Assembly: GCA_900617105.1 (NCBI GenBank)
Contig: UYFQ01000308.1
Coordinates: 1 to 36,282, forward strand
Source: Hydrurus foetidus
Taxonomy: Eukaryota
DNA: 36,282 nt
Direction: 5' to 3'
Below are positions 10,877-21,626 of this stretch, piece by piece. How positions within the stretch are numbered: the first letter of the stretch is position 1; each line of letters opens with the position of its first letter. The notes under the pieces were generated by a model that worked only from the letters and a program-made list of their open reading frames with translations, was not told where the DNA came from and did no database searches. The position numbers were made by a program, and so were the translations under genes.

Positions 10877-13800
10877 TAGGCATTTGTATGGCCCCCCCCC
10901 TGCCAGAACAGGTCTATTATTGGCAGGATTTTGCCTGCCAATTCGCCAGAAGTGAAAAAAGCCTTCAAAACCTTCCAAAATACGATTGATTCAATTGGAA
11001 AGCATCTGAATCACTACCACAAACCTCAGAAAGACCATAAAAATATAGTATTGCATCAACTCGATTTGAAATGGAGATCTCGATTCAATTGAGTGTCGTG
11101 TCGTCGTGTCGCGCAGTACAACAACCCAATACACACTGCTCGCAACATAACAATCACAAACGTAGACATCACTAGACAACCAGCAATCATGAACGCACTG
11201 ACCGATGAAGAGCTCGAGGCAGTGCTTGTGAGTAGGAGGCAAGAATTGGTTAAGAAACGTCAGCTCCTCGAGGTTCAAGCCAAATCAGAGAAGCGATTGA
11301 AGTTAATGAAGGAGCTGGATGAAATCAATGACGAACTTACCGAAACTGTTCCATCCCACTCTGCTGAAACGACTAGTTCAACTGAAACGTCGAGTTCAAA
11401 TGAAACATCTAATTCTAACGCATCGTCCAGCTCGTCATCGGCGACATCTGTTGCGTTGCCTCCACCACTTGCCGTCGCGCAACCGAAGCTGAAGAACAGT
11501 ATGTTTGCATATTGGGATGTGAAAACGACGTCGGAAGCTGAATTGGAAGTGATTAATGCACAAAGAGTTAAAGAAGCGAAGTCTAATAGTCAAAGCAGAG
11601 AGTCAGCGCATCATAACGAGAGAAAATTACCTGCCGAGAAGAAAACTGCTGCGAAGAATACGGTCCGAACTTGCAGCTCTTCAACTTGGACAACTATTAG
11701 AAAGAAGTTAATGGGGCACGACGCAGATGGAGTGAAATATGATGTTGCTGAGAAGAGGATATGGTGCTCGTCCTGCATGTGCTTTTTTAGAGATGACTAT
11801 CTGTCAGAGCATCTCACGACACCGAAATATTTGAAAGCGTCGAAAGTAGCAGCTGAGGCAAATTTGCTAACAAAACGCACCTATTTCCTTGTGAATTTGT
11901 ACGTACCCTGCTCACATCTGCGATTGCCGTAAATAAAGCCGACGACTTTCGCTTTTTTCTTGAGAAGTGGACGAAAATCGAGTTAACAAACTCGAGCAAT
12001 TTACTGAGAGATTATTTGCCAGTTATCAAGGTACCGAATGTAAAGCCTAGTCACTTGACTACAATTTGCACTATGAATAACTTTACTCTTGTTGTGTAGG
12101 CGGAAGAGCTTAAGCTGATCAGAGAGGAGACAGCGGGCAGACCTCTCCGAATATCATTTGATGAGACAACGATAAGAAGTGTCTGTCTTTGTGTTATAGT
12201 CGGTTTCGTTGATGATAAAGGGAAAATGCAGCAACGCGTCATAAAGTTAGGTCTATACAGTGAGGCGCCAGAGGAGAAACTGACCAATCAAATGAGTGAC
12301 CATATTCTACATGCAATTAGTGAGGTTCTCGAAGCTCCACCTAAATCACTGAAGGTGTTCACTAGGGATGGTGTGTATCTGAATGAACTATGCATGCTCA
12401 AACTCACTGGAGGTTTGCTCATTAACCCGAACACTAACAAGGAAGTGCTTATGAGGGGTATCTATCCTGAGGCAGTTAATATTAAGTGTATGTCTCATAC
12501 ATTAGACAACTGTGGAGCAGACTATACTGTCGGAGGTATCAAGCACAACCGTATAGAGGGACCAGCAGCCAAGATGATTTACAATCAGATCAATGGGTTA
12601 TTCAGTTCACCGGGTGAAAGCGTAAAGCTGAGTTGGAAAAACTATGCGGGAACTGCAATGCCATCAGTGTCACAAACGCGTTGGTGGAGCAGAGAGGAGT
12701 TCTGGGCCTACCTTCTGCCTTATTTTAAGTTCGACGAAGAAATGATCCGTGAAGAGTGGTTTGACAATTGGATACAAGAACGTGTGGAAAGTCTAAGGTC
12801 GGGGAAGAAATCTGTCGGTGCACTTCTCACGAAACTCGAGTCAACATTCGTCCCTGGTACAAGAGGATATGATATTGAATTTCTGGTAAAGGCGTTCATT
12901 GAAATAGCTGTTGTTGTTGACATCACAGAGAAGGTTCGACAAGCTACATATGTGATTGACGGTGATGGGCCAATTGCTGTTATGGTCATGGAAGTATTAG
13001 ATTCAGTTGCACGTTACTACAAATCTACTTATCAAGAGATGGAATTTCCAAACGTAAGGCAGTACATTGCACAGGCAGTCCGACTCAATGTTGCACCTCC
13101 TGGATACGTGCTTCCGGCTATTATACTCGACGAGTTCGCGACTGGCCCAAGACTCCCCGAAGATGTACAGCCCATCCTAGATGAACAGCACATCCAAGAT
13201 GAACAACTTCTTCAAGATGCCCTTTCACCCCAGGATATCCAAGATAACCTACCTGTTTCACCAGCTCGCGCTGCAAATCCGGATGCTGGAGCTAATGATG
13301 TCGTAGCTTGGGAGTTGGATCTAGCATGGAAAGAATACTGCTTGAAATTAAGTGAGCCGTACATGACTTACTTTCATGAAATGGTCATGGGGCACAATTG
13401 CTTACCTCTATGGCGTGCCGCTAGTATGGCGGACCCTTTGAACATGCAGCGCCAGACTTTAACGGCCGGCGATCTCCGAGTTCGCATACAGCCCCTGATT
13501 GGTAATCTTGTCCCAAGACCTCTAGTAGATCGCATGGTAGCTGAACTGTCTGAGTATGAGAGAGTATGACTGGAGTAATGAGACATATGCTCGCCGTTTA
13601 CTGAATGTTGAAGAGTTTTGGTCCAAGCACAAGCTTCTCCCTGCATGGACAGAGTTTGCCCATCTTGTTTTTTACTTCAGCCCACATCTGCATGCGTTGA
13701 ACGATCATTCTCAATGCTAAAATATATAATGGGGGATCAACAGACAAGATCATTGAGAGACAAAATTGAAGCATCACTTATGCTTCGTTACAATAGAGGT

Positions 13801-14032
13801 AGCTGAACTTTCTATTTCATATATTTAGACTAGGTATTACAGGTAGGTACCACGAGACATATTTGAGTTTTTCTCTTTAATCAATAATGAAGTACACCGG
13901 TTACAATTTGTGGCTTGTAACAGTAGCTGGGGAATTGGCAACTTTCTCAAGATACTGCCAATAGTACCAGAAAGGGGTTTTCAGCCGGTTGCCATAAAGG
14001 CTCTTTATTTTTGCCAGGTGTACAAATGCCTA
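10877..14032 (+). mobile_element. hAT DNA transposon
   Basis: 12 bp perfect TIR TAGGCATTTGTA (10877-10888, 14021-14032), 8 bp TSD GCTGGAAC (10869-10876, 14033-14040), hAT transposase inside. Confidence 0.95.
11189..13806 (+). pseudogene. hAT transposase, frameshifted
   Basis: WCxxC...H Zn-finger, intron ~12031-12100, SFDETT (D), TRDG (D), CMSH (CxxH), TRWWS, and PTSACVERSFS (E, dimerisation region). Frame breaks near 11880, 13567 and 13670. Confidence 0.88.
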
Positions 14033-14337
14033 GCTGGAACCCCAGGGTTCGGAGATTTACCCCCTTCAAATTTCAAATTAGAGTGTTTGCGCAAACGGAA
14101 ATATCCCGGATATTTGGAATTTCGTCTTTTAGACTTTTCCGAGATTTTGGGGGGTAAAAGCCGTTTCGGACATTTAGAAAAATCGTCTTGCGCTTTCGGA
14201 CATTCGATATATCTGGAATGACGAGTTCAAAGTCTTTTTTTTTGAAAATTCGAATTTTATTCTCTATCGTGGAGTGAAGTACTAGAGCGCTATTCTCGCA
14301 AGATGCGTTACAACATGCATCAGTAGATATCCCAACT

Positions 14338-15016
14338 ATGGGAGACGAGTTTGAGACCGTTCTAGTGGACCGAGCTCTAATTGGCTCACTGTCTCTGAAA
14401 CGCCGTTGCGCCGGCATCTCTGCTGAAGAGGTTTTGCGGCGAAAGAAGTACCTGCGAGTATCTGCCATGATAGTTGCAGGTCTTCTCGATGATGGCTACA
14501 ACAGTGTCGATAGTGATGACAGTGTCGAGGAGGAGGAAGAGAATCGTTGTGTTCCAGAGGATGACTCTTTAGAACTAGTCAGTTATTCTCTGTTGAAGGA
14601 AGTCATTTCAATTGATGAACCTATCAATATCACAATGTCGAAGCTGACGAAGATAGTGATAACGACTGATAGCTATTCCGATGAGCAGTGCTGGTCGTTG
14701 CTTCGCTTTCGCAAGCCTGATATAGTTAAGCTCATTGGTCAGCTCGTTATGCCGCCGTTTCTATTTTCTCCCTCACGTCATCGTTACTCGAAGGAATTTT
14801 CTATCCTACTCTTGTTAAGGCGGATGGCTTATCCAGGGAGACTTCACGACCTTGAGATTGAGTTTGGCAGAGAGCACACCTCCTTGAGCCGATCTCTGGG
14901 CCTGACTGTGGATTGGATGCTCGCAAATCATGGTTTTCGCATAACCGACAACTTAGGCTTTTGGATGCCTTATCAGGAAACTTTTGCAAGAGCTGTTTCA
15001 TCGAAGACAAACGTTC
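14338..15016 (+). pseudogene. Harbinger-type transposase, truncated before the DDE core
   Basis: Matches 20048-19370 (minus) up to SSKTNV; then 837 bp are missing and replaced by 13 nt of filler. Confidence 0.92.
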
Positions 15017-15212
15017 ATTGGAAACATCGAATAAAGTTTGGAAACATTTGCAAAAGCACAGAGTTTGAATCTTTTATTTTGGCGTTCGTTTGTGAAGGAA
15101 CGACGTCAAAAACTGCTGTGACAGACACCTATTTAAAAAAAAAACGGAAACGGTAAATTTCCCAATTATTTCTAGCTGTCACATGGAACAATCACAATTA
15201 AACTAAATCAGC

Positions 15213-16040
15213 ATGGTCATCTGTAATTACAGATTCGGTTCGAATGTTTGTCTGGATGAATGCCATAAAACAGACGGTGGCAGAGTTACTTCAAAATGCA
15301 AGAAGCATCTTAATCAAGCTGCCAAAAAGTCGAGAAAGAAGTTGATTAGGAAGATTGAATTCACCTCTCCGAGAGATGCCCTCATAGCTAAAGCCACAGA
15401 AAATTCGGAAGCGAAGAAGCGCACTCAAAGATCTAGAGCAGGGAGACAAGACGCCATAGAGACCATTCAGAATGACAACGTCAGGAGAATAGCGACTATC
15501 CTTAACAGAATGAAGGATAGCAGAAAATACGTTATGGTGGCTAATGCAGTTGCCAGTACTTTGAAGCCTGAGGACTTTAAATTGACTGGTGTAGCTGAGC
15601 CAATCACTTTCTCCAACACGCTTCCTCCATTCCTTCGAACAATGCAAGCTCTGGAGGATCCCTCAGTACATTTATCTGATGTTTTGGAAGCCATCAATTC
15701 TGTATTTGGCGGATGTTGCAACATTAAAGCTAAACTTCTGAATTCCAAAGCAGGCGACACAGCACAGAAAAATCACACTGACAACGTGCCAGACAAGACA
15801 GCACCGCTGAAAACCTTGTCTTCTTTTCATTACTCTGCACTAATTAGCTTAGAAGAAAACACGACGCTGCTTGTTGGCAAAGGCAGCAAGACAGCAAGCA
15901 TTCCTCTGCATTCCATGATATTTTTCAGAGGTGACATGACTCATGCAGGGGATGGATACACAGAAGAGAACTCAAGGCTGTTCATTTCAGTGTCATCTGC
16001 TGCATTTCCGGCTACTGAGGATGTTTCATTGGTAAACTAA
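15213..16040 (+). CDS. Transposon cargo: N-terminal Cys/His putative Zn-finger + basic linker + 2OG-Fe(II) dioxygenase-like (DSBH) domain
   Basis: QKNHTD (HxD, 15774-15782), beta-strand pattern YSALISL...TTLLV...SMIFFRGD, THAG (distal His 15942-15944) and NSRLF (2OG-binding Arg 15975-15977). Intronless intact 275 aa ORF. Confidence 0.75.
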   Translation: MVICNYRFGSNVCLDECHKTDGGRVTSKCKKHLNQAAKKSRKKLIRKIEFTSPRDALIAKATENSEAKKRTQRSRAGRQDAIETIQNDNVRRIATILNRMKDSRKYVMVANAVASTLKPEDFKLTGVAEPITFSNTLPPFLRTMQALEDPSVHLSDVLEAINSVFGGCCNIKAKLLNSKAGDTAQKNHTDNVPDKTAPLKTLSSFHYSALISLEENTTLLVGKGSKTASIPLHSMIFFRGDMTHAGDGYTEENSRLFISVSSAAFPATEDVSLVN

Positions 16041-16100
16041 ATAACTTTTTGAGGCTCTATAATTTAATTAATAGAGATCACTTAGCAAGATAAGACAAGT

Positions 16101-16852
16101 TTACTTCTTCGCTAAAGATTCCATGGCAATTTTTAACATGGCTTTAGACATCTCGTCTCTTCTAATAGAATCCTCTCGTGCTTCTTGGCGAATCAAGCGG
16201 GCCTCTTCGACTGCTTCTTGACGAACTCTCTTTGCCTCCTGGAATTCCTCCTCTCGCAGCAGCATCTTACGATCCTCCAGGGAATGCTTTCTGTCCCTGT
16301 CGACAGATGTGTCTTCGTCGGCTTTCTTGGAGAGGACCTTGATAAGCATGGAGTCCAAGGTGTCTTTCTGCTTGATCGGTTCTCCATCAGGAGTGGGGCG
16401 GACGAAAGGCTTTTTGTTCGCCTTCGGAGTCACTCTTCCCTTTGTCAATTCCAGATCTTGAGCCGCGGATAGAGCTACCACTCCTTCTTTTGCCTCACGA
16501 TCCAGATCGGCGTGGTCCGCTTCCTCCTCCATTTCTGCAATGATCTCCTCTAAACCCGACGCTATCTCGCCTATATCTTCAGTTCCGCCAGATTTCCACT
16601 TGTGGTCCTTCTTGTTAGCTTTCTGGATGGTAGAAGTTTTTCGAATTGAGTCAGGCAAGTTTTGCCGCTGGGAAACGAGTTACCGAGGAAAGTTTCCGTC
16701 CTCTCTTTTAAAGCAGCTGCAACTCCATCCCAAAACGCGTTCTTCTGACCGTGGCCGATCTTTGCATAGTTGCAAATTCTGACTGGGTGGCCAATAGCTA
16801 CCTCACTCACTAAAAACTCATTGGCCTCCTTCGTCCAAACTGTATTTACCAT
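16101..16852 (-). pseudogene. Myb/SANT-like accessory protein, copy 1, 1 nt frameshift near 16631
   Basis: Reverse-complement copy of 17256-18008 lacking one C (CTTCTACC vs CTTCTCACC). Confidence 0.85.
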
Positions 16853-17255
16853 CTTGTTTTCAGGTTTATTTGATCTCGGATATATCTCGGATATATCCGA
16901 GATCAAATCTCCGAGACTCGGCGATTCTCGGAGGAAATTCTCGGAGATTTGACGAAAGAGGGGGGTAAATCTCCGAACCCTGGGGTTTGAGCCGGATATT
17001 TCCGTTTGCGCAAACACTCTATTTCCGCCTCAAATTGACGAATCTCGGATAATATATTTCCGAGATCTCGGATATATCCGAGATATTAGAGTGTTTGCGC
17101 AAACGGAAATATCCGGCTCAAACCCCAGGGTTCGGAGATTTACCCCCCTCTTTCGTCAAATCTCCGAGAATTTCCTCCGAGAATCGCCGAGTCTCGGAGA
17201 TTTGATCTCGGATATATCCGAGATATATCCGAGATCAAATAAACCTGAAAACAAG

Positions 17256-18008
17256 ATGGTAAATACAGTTTGGACGAAGGAGGCCAATGAGTTTTTAGTG
17301 AGTGAGGTAGCTATTGGCCACCCAGTCAGAATTTGCAACTATGCAAAGATCGGCCACGGTCAGAAGAACGCGTTTTGGGATGGAGTTGCAGCTGCTTTAA
17401 AAGAGAGGACGGAAACTTTCCTCGGTAACTCGTTTCCCAGCGGCAAAACTTGCCTGACTCAATTCGAAAAACTTCTCACCATCCAGAAAGCTAACAAGAA
17501 GGACCACAAGTGGAAATCTGGCGGAACTGAAGATATAGGCGAGATAGCGTCGGGTTTAGAGGAGATCATTGCAGAAATGGAGGAGGAAGCGGACCACGCC
17601 GATCTGGATCGTGAGGCAAAAGAAGGAGTGGTAGCTCTATCCGCGGCTCAAGATCTGGAATTGACAAAGGGAAGAGTGACTCCGAAGGCGAACAAAAAGC
17701 CTTTCGTCCGCCCCACTCCTGATGGAGAACCGATCAAGCAGAAAGACACCTTGGACTCCATGCTTATCAAGGTCCTCTCCAAGAAAGCCGACGAAGACAC
17801 ATCTGTCGACAGGGACAGAAAGCATTCCCTGGAGGATCGTAAGATGCTGCTGCGAGAGGAGGAATTCCAGGAGGCAAAGAGAGTTCGTCAAGAAGCAGTC
17901 GAAGAGGCCCGCTTGATTCGCCAAGAAGCACGAGAGGATTCTATTAGAAGAGACGAGATGTCTAAAGCCATGTTAAAAATTGCCATGGAATCTTTAGCGA
18001 AGAAGTAA
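17256..18008 (+). CDS. Myb/SANT-like DNA-binding accessory protein with C-terminal coiled coil
   Basis: VWTKE...L...V, FWDGVAAAL, CLTQFEKLL, KSGGTE pattern typical of Harbinger ORF2; 250 aa from ATG 17256. Confidence 0.85.
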   Translation: MVNTVWTKEANEFLVSEVAIGHPVRICNYAKIGHGQKNAFWDGVAAALKERTETFLGNSFPSGKTCLTQFEKLLTIQKANKKDHKWKSGGTEDIGEIASGLEEIIAEMEEEADHADLDREAKEGVVALSAAQDLELTKGRVTPKANKKPFVRPTPDGEPIKQKDTLDSMLIKVLSKKADEDTSVDRDRKHSLEDRKMLLREEEFQEAKRVRQEAVEEARLIRQEAREDSIRRDEMSKAMLKIAMESLAKK

Positions 18009-18068
18009 ACTTGTCTTATCTTGCTAAGTGATCTCTATTAATTAAATTATAGAGCCTCAAAAAGTTAT

Positions 18069-18349
18069 TTAGTTTACCAATGAAACATCCTCAGTAGCCG
18101 GAAATGCAGCAGATGACACTGAAATGAACAGCCTTGAGTTCTCTTCTGTGTATCCGAATTTTCTGTGGCTTTAGCTATGAGGGCATCTCTCGGAGAGGTG
18201 AATTCAATCTTCCTAATCAACTTCTTTCTCGACTTTTTGGCAGCTTGATTAAGATGCTTCTTGCATTTTGAAGTAACTCTGCCACCGTCTGTTTTATGGC
18301 ATTCATCCAGACAAACATTCGAACCGAATCTGTAATTACAGATGACCAT
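18069..18349 (-). pseudogene. Internally deleted dioxygenase cargo gene
   Basis: Equals 15213-16040 minus 15410-15956 (547 bp), joined at a GGA microhomology near 18154. Confidence 0.92.
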
Positions 18350-18672
18350 GCTGATTTAGTTTAATTGTGATTGTTCCATGTGACAGCTAGAAATAATTGG
18401 GAAATTTACCGTTTCCGTTTTTTTTTTAAATAGGTGTCTGTCACAGCAGTTTTTGACGTCGTTCCTTCAAAAACGAACGCCAAAATAAAAGATTCAAACT
18501 CTGTGCTTTTGCAAATGTTTCCAAACTTTATTAATTTACCTAGCTGCATTTTGGGAAAAAGTAATTTTGATCATTTCTGTGACGATAAATTTTGATCAAT
18601 ATCTTTTTTCATCAAATTTTTACACTAAGAAAAAAAAACATAACTCAAGAATGAGCTCCAATTAAGTTAGAT

Positions 18673-20048
18673 TCAGACAATTGGACAAAGATATTCTTCT
18701 AGTGTTGGTGGGGCGCATTCGAAAAATTGTGATGTTTGCCCGGCGTACAAACAAGTGTGACAATTAGTGAGGAACGCCATGACGGTGTAATACGTAGAAA
18801 TTGGCGAAGAGAACATCTGAAGATTTTTTGAGAAGTCTAAAAAGGCCCAAAGATTGATAATTTTGCCGAATCCCCACTCAACACATTCTCTAACTTTTGA
18901 CATTCTTCTACTATTTTCTAATGCGACTATATTTAAGGGATTAGGAACTTTGTGCCTCTTCGCACCTCTTGTGATGAAACGCAGTTTAGGATAAGCTGAA
19001 TCACCGTAACACAAATAATCTACAGGGAAGTTCGAAAGCAAGGCAGTCAATCTGTCATGTAACGTACTCTTTCTCAATAGGTAGGAGTCGTGACGGCGAC
19101 ATGAAACAGGGCCGTAGAGATCACCAATCATACCTGCAATGAAAAGTAAGTTTGTAATACAATTTAAACCATAATCAATTTAAAATGAAGAAAATCTACG
19201 ATCTTACCGTTAGGGTACATTAAGGATTGCATCTTAAAACCATGCTTCCTATAGTATCCAGAATAATAAGTCTTTTGAATATCTTCCACCCTTCCTTCAC
19301 CATCGCTAGGACGGCATATAGACTTCTGCGTGCCATCTAAAAAAGAGTTTACGTTTGCGAATTCCAGAGGAACGTTTGTCTTCGATGAAACAGCTCTTGC
19401 AAAAGTTTCCTGATAAGGCATCCAAAAGCCTAAGTTGTCGGTTATGCGAAAACCATGATTTGCGAGCATCCAATCCACAGTCAGGCCCAGAGATCGGCTC
19501 AAGGAGGTGTGCTCTCTGCCAAACTCAATCTCAAGGTCGTGAAGTCTCCCTGGATAAGCCATCCGCCTTAACAAGAGTAGGATAGAAAATTCCTTCGAGT
19601 AACGATGACGTGAGGGAGAAAATAGAAACGGCGGCATAACGAGCTGACCAATGAGCTTAACTATATCAGGCTTGCGAAAGCGAAGCAACGACCAGCACTG
19701 CTCATCGGAATAGCTATCAGTCGTTATCACTATCTTCGTCAGCTTCGACATTGTGATATTGATAGGTTCATCAATTGAAATGACTTCCTTCAACAGAGAA
19801 TAACTGACTAGTTCTAAAGAGTCATCCTCTGGAACACAACGATTCTCTTCCTCCTCCTCGACACTGTCATCACTATCGACACTGTTGTAGCCATCATCGA
19901 GAAGACCTGCAACTATCATGGCAGATACTCGCAGGTACTTCTTTCGCCGCAAAACCTCTTCAGCAGAGATGCCGGCGCAACGGCGTTTCAGAGACAGTGA
20001 GCCAATTAGAGCTCGGTCCACTAGAACGGTCTCAAACTCGTCTCCCAT
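18673..20048 (-). CDS. Harbinger-type DDE transposase (DDE_Tnp_4-like), apparently intact, 433 aa
   Basis: Exons 20048-19208 and 19133-18673 with GT-AG intron 19207-19134. Motifs FLDGT, YSGY..KHGFK.Q, PNG, HDS, YGDSAY and RECVEWGFG. Confidence 0.93.
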
Positions 20049-20544
20049 AGTTGGGATATCTACTGATGCATGTTGTAACGCATCTTGCGAGAATAGCGCT
20101 CCAGTACTTCACTCCACGATAGAGAATAAAATTCGAATTTTCAAAAAAAAAGACTTTGAACTCGTCATTCCAGATATATCGAATGTCCGAAAGCGCAAGA
20201 CGATTTTTCTAAATGTCCGAAACGGCTTTTACCCCCCAAAATCTCGGAAAAGTCTAAAAGACGAAATTCCAAATATCCGGGATATTTCCGTTTGCGCAAA
20301 CACTCTATTTCCGTTTGCGCGAACACTCTAGTAATTGGCTTTCATTAGGATTATCTAGTTCTGCATTCTCCATTTGTTTTGATCCGATCATTGACTGACG
20401 CACCTCGAACCCGCACCCATGTGATGGGTACAGCGAGAACTACATACCGTACGTAAGCCCAATCGTATCTCTCCTCCTTCCACCTCCCATACTGTAGGAT
20501 GCTCCTCAATAATTAAGCTTTCTACGGACAAAATTCATATCAAC

Positions 20545-21626
20545 ATGTCAGCTTTTCTCGCTTCTGCTCTGCTGCTTTCAAGTGTATCAGCCTTCAGCCC
20601 GGCGTCAAGTTTTGGCCGATCTGTTGCGAAATCTTTTAACCTCAGAGCAGCAGATGATCAGGTAATCCCCTTCATCTCAAGCAAAAATTTATCGACTGTT
20701 TTTTATCGGAATCGAAAGCTTGCAAAGTGATCCAATCGATGCTTACGAAGCCTCACCAATGCTGTCTTTGCAGACCATCAAAGATTTAAATCTCGAGGAA
20801 ATGTTTGAAGTCTTCGAAGCCGCCGATACTGCTCCAGGCTCAGGCCCCAAGATGGGCGGGGCTAAATTCGATGCGAAGCAGATGTCTGGCATTTCTGATC
20901 CTTTAGGATTTTTCGACCCTCTTGGTCTCTGTCCTGATAACGAGGCATCATTCAAGAAGTACCGTGAGAGTGAGCTCAAGCATGGCCGCATCGCGATGCT
21001 TGCAGTGTTGGGTGTCGTTGTCGGAGAGAGCGGATTCAATTTTTTTGGCAAGGACATTAGTGGACCTGCAATTTATCAGTACCAAGAGGCGGAGTCATAC
21101 TTCAATGCCTGGAGTTACAATGTTGTCGGTCTCACCTTGGCCGTTGAGGGGTAAGTTTTCGCTATCGCAACAGTAATGCCGGGAGTATCCGACAGCTTCT
21201 TCATTATGAAATCACTTGGCCTGAGCTGTCCAGTGAGACAAATCCAATATGAGATAATTATACTTACCAAATATGAATAGGTACAATATTGTTCAGGGAT
21301 GGCAGTCAGCGAAAGAGTCGCAAGCAAGCGGTTCAATCATTGCTGGACTCAAACCAAACTACGTCAACGGTGCGTAACTCGTTGACTTTTCTTTGTATAT
21401 TTACGTTGATATAGCGGAGAACACCATGCATGCATCACATTTGTTCTCACTTCTACATCCTTGAATATCAGGCGATTTGAAATTCGATCCACTCGGCTTC
21501 AAGCCCACTGAACCCGCTGCTTTCAGGCTCATCCAAACAAAGGAAATAAACAACGGCCGATTAGCTATGATTGCCATTGCAGGAATTGTCGCTCAAGAAC
21601 TTGCCACAGGCGAGGCTATTTTTTAA
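20545..21626 (+). CDS. Lhcx: Light-harvesting complex protein, Lhcx/LI818(LHCSR)-like, plastid-targeted
   Basis: Exons 20545-20661, 20774-21150, 21281-21369 and 21472-21626 splice in frame. Signal peptide VSA-FSP; motifs [34 protein letters not shown] and [10 protein letters not shown]. Confidence 0.92.

Larger units (their letters stand above)
14080..17020 (+). mobile_element. PIF/Harbinger-superfamily (Pangu-like) transposon, copy 1, transposase-deleted
   Basis: TIR AGAGTGTTTGCGCAAACGGAAATATCC, 3 bp TSD ATT (14077-14079, 17021-17023), three ORFs. Confidence 0.93.
17088..20306 (-). mobile_element. PIF/Harbinger-superfamily (Pangu-like) transposon, copy 2, inverted, dioxygenase-deleted
   Basis: Same TIRs, TSD ATT (17085-17087, 20307-20309); inserted within the right TIR of the MITE. 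Confidence 0.93.
10838..20329. mobile_element. Second copy of the MITE, split by three nested insertions
   Basis: Pieces 10838-10876, 14041-14079, 17024-17087 and 20310-20329 reassemble into the 5614-5775 sequence. Outer TSD AGT at 10835-10837 and 20330-20332. Confidence 0.92.

Noticed and set aside
17091..17255. 55 aa N-terminal extension of the Myb ORF from a GTG
   Set aside because: Begins inside the TIR and runs through subterminal motifs; ATG 17256 precedes the Myb fold.
14080..20306. Possibility that the large inversion is a fold-back sequencing artefact
   Set aside because: Each arm has its own TSD and a different internal deletion, and the spacer matches the empty MITE.
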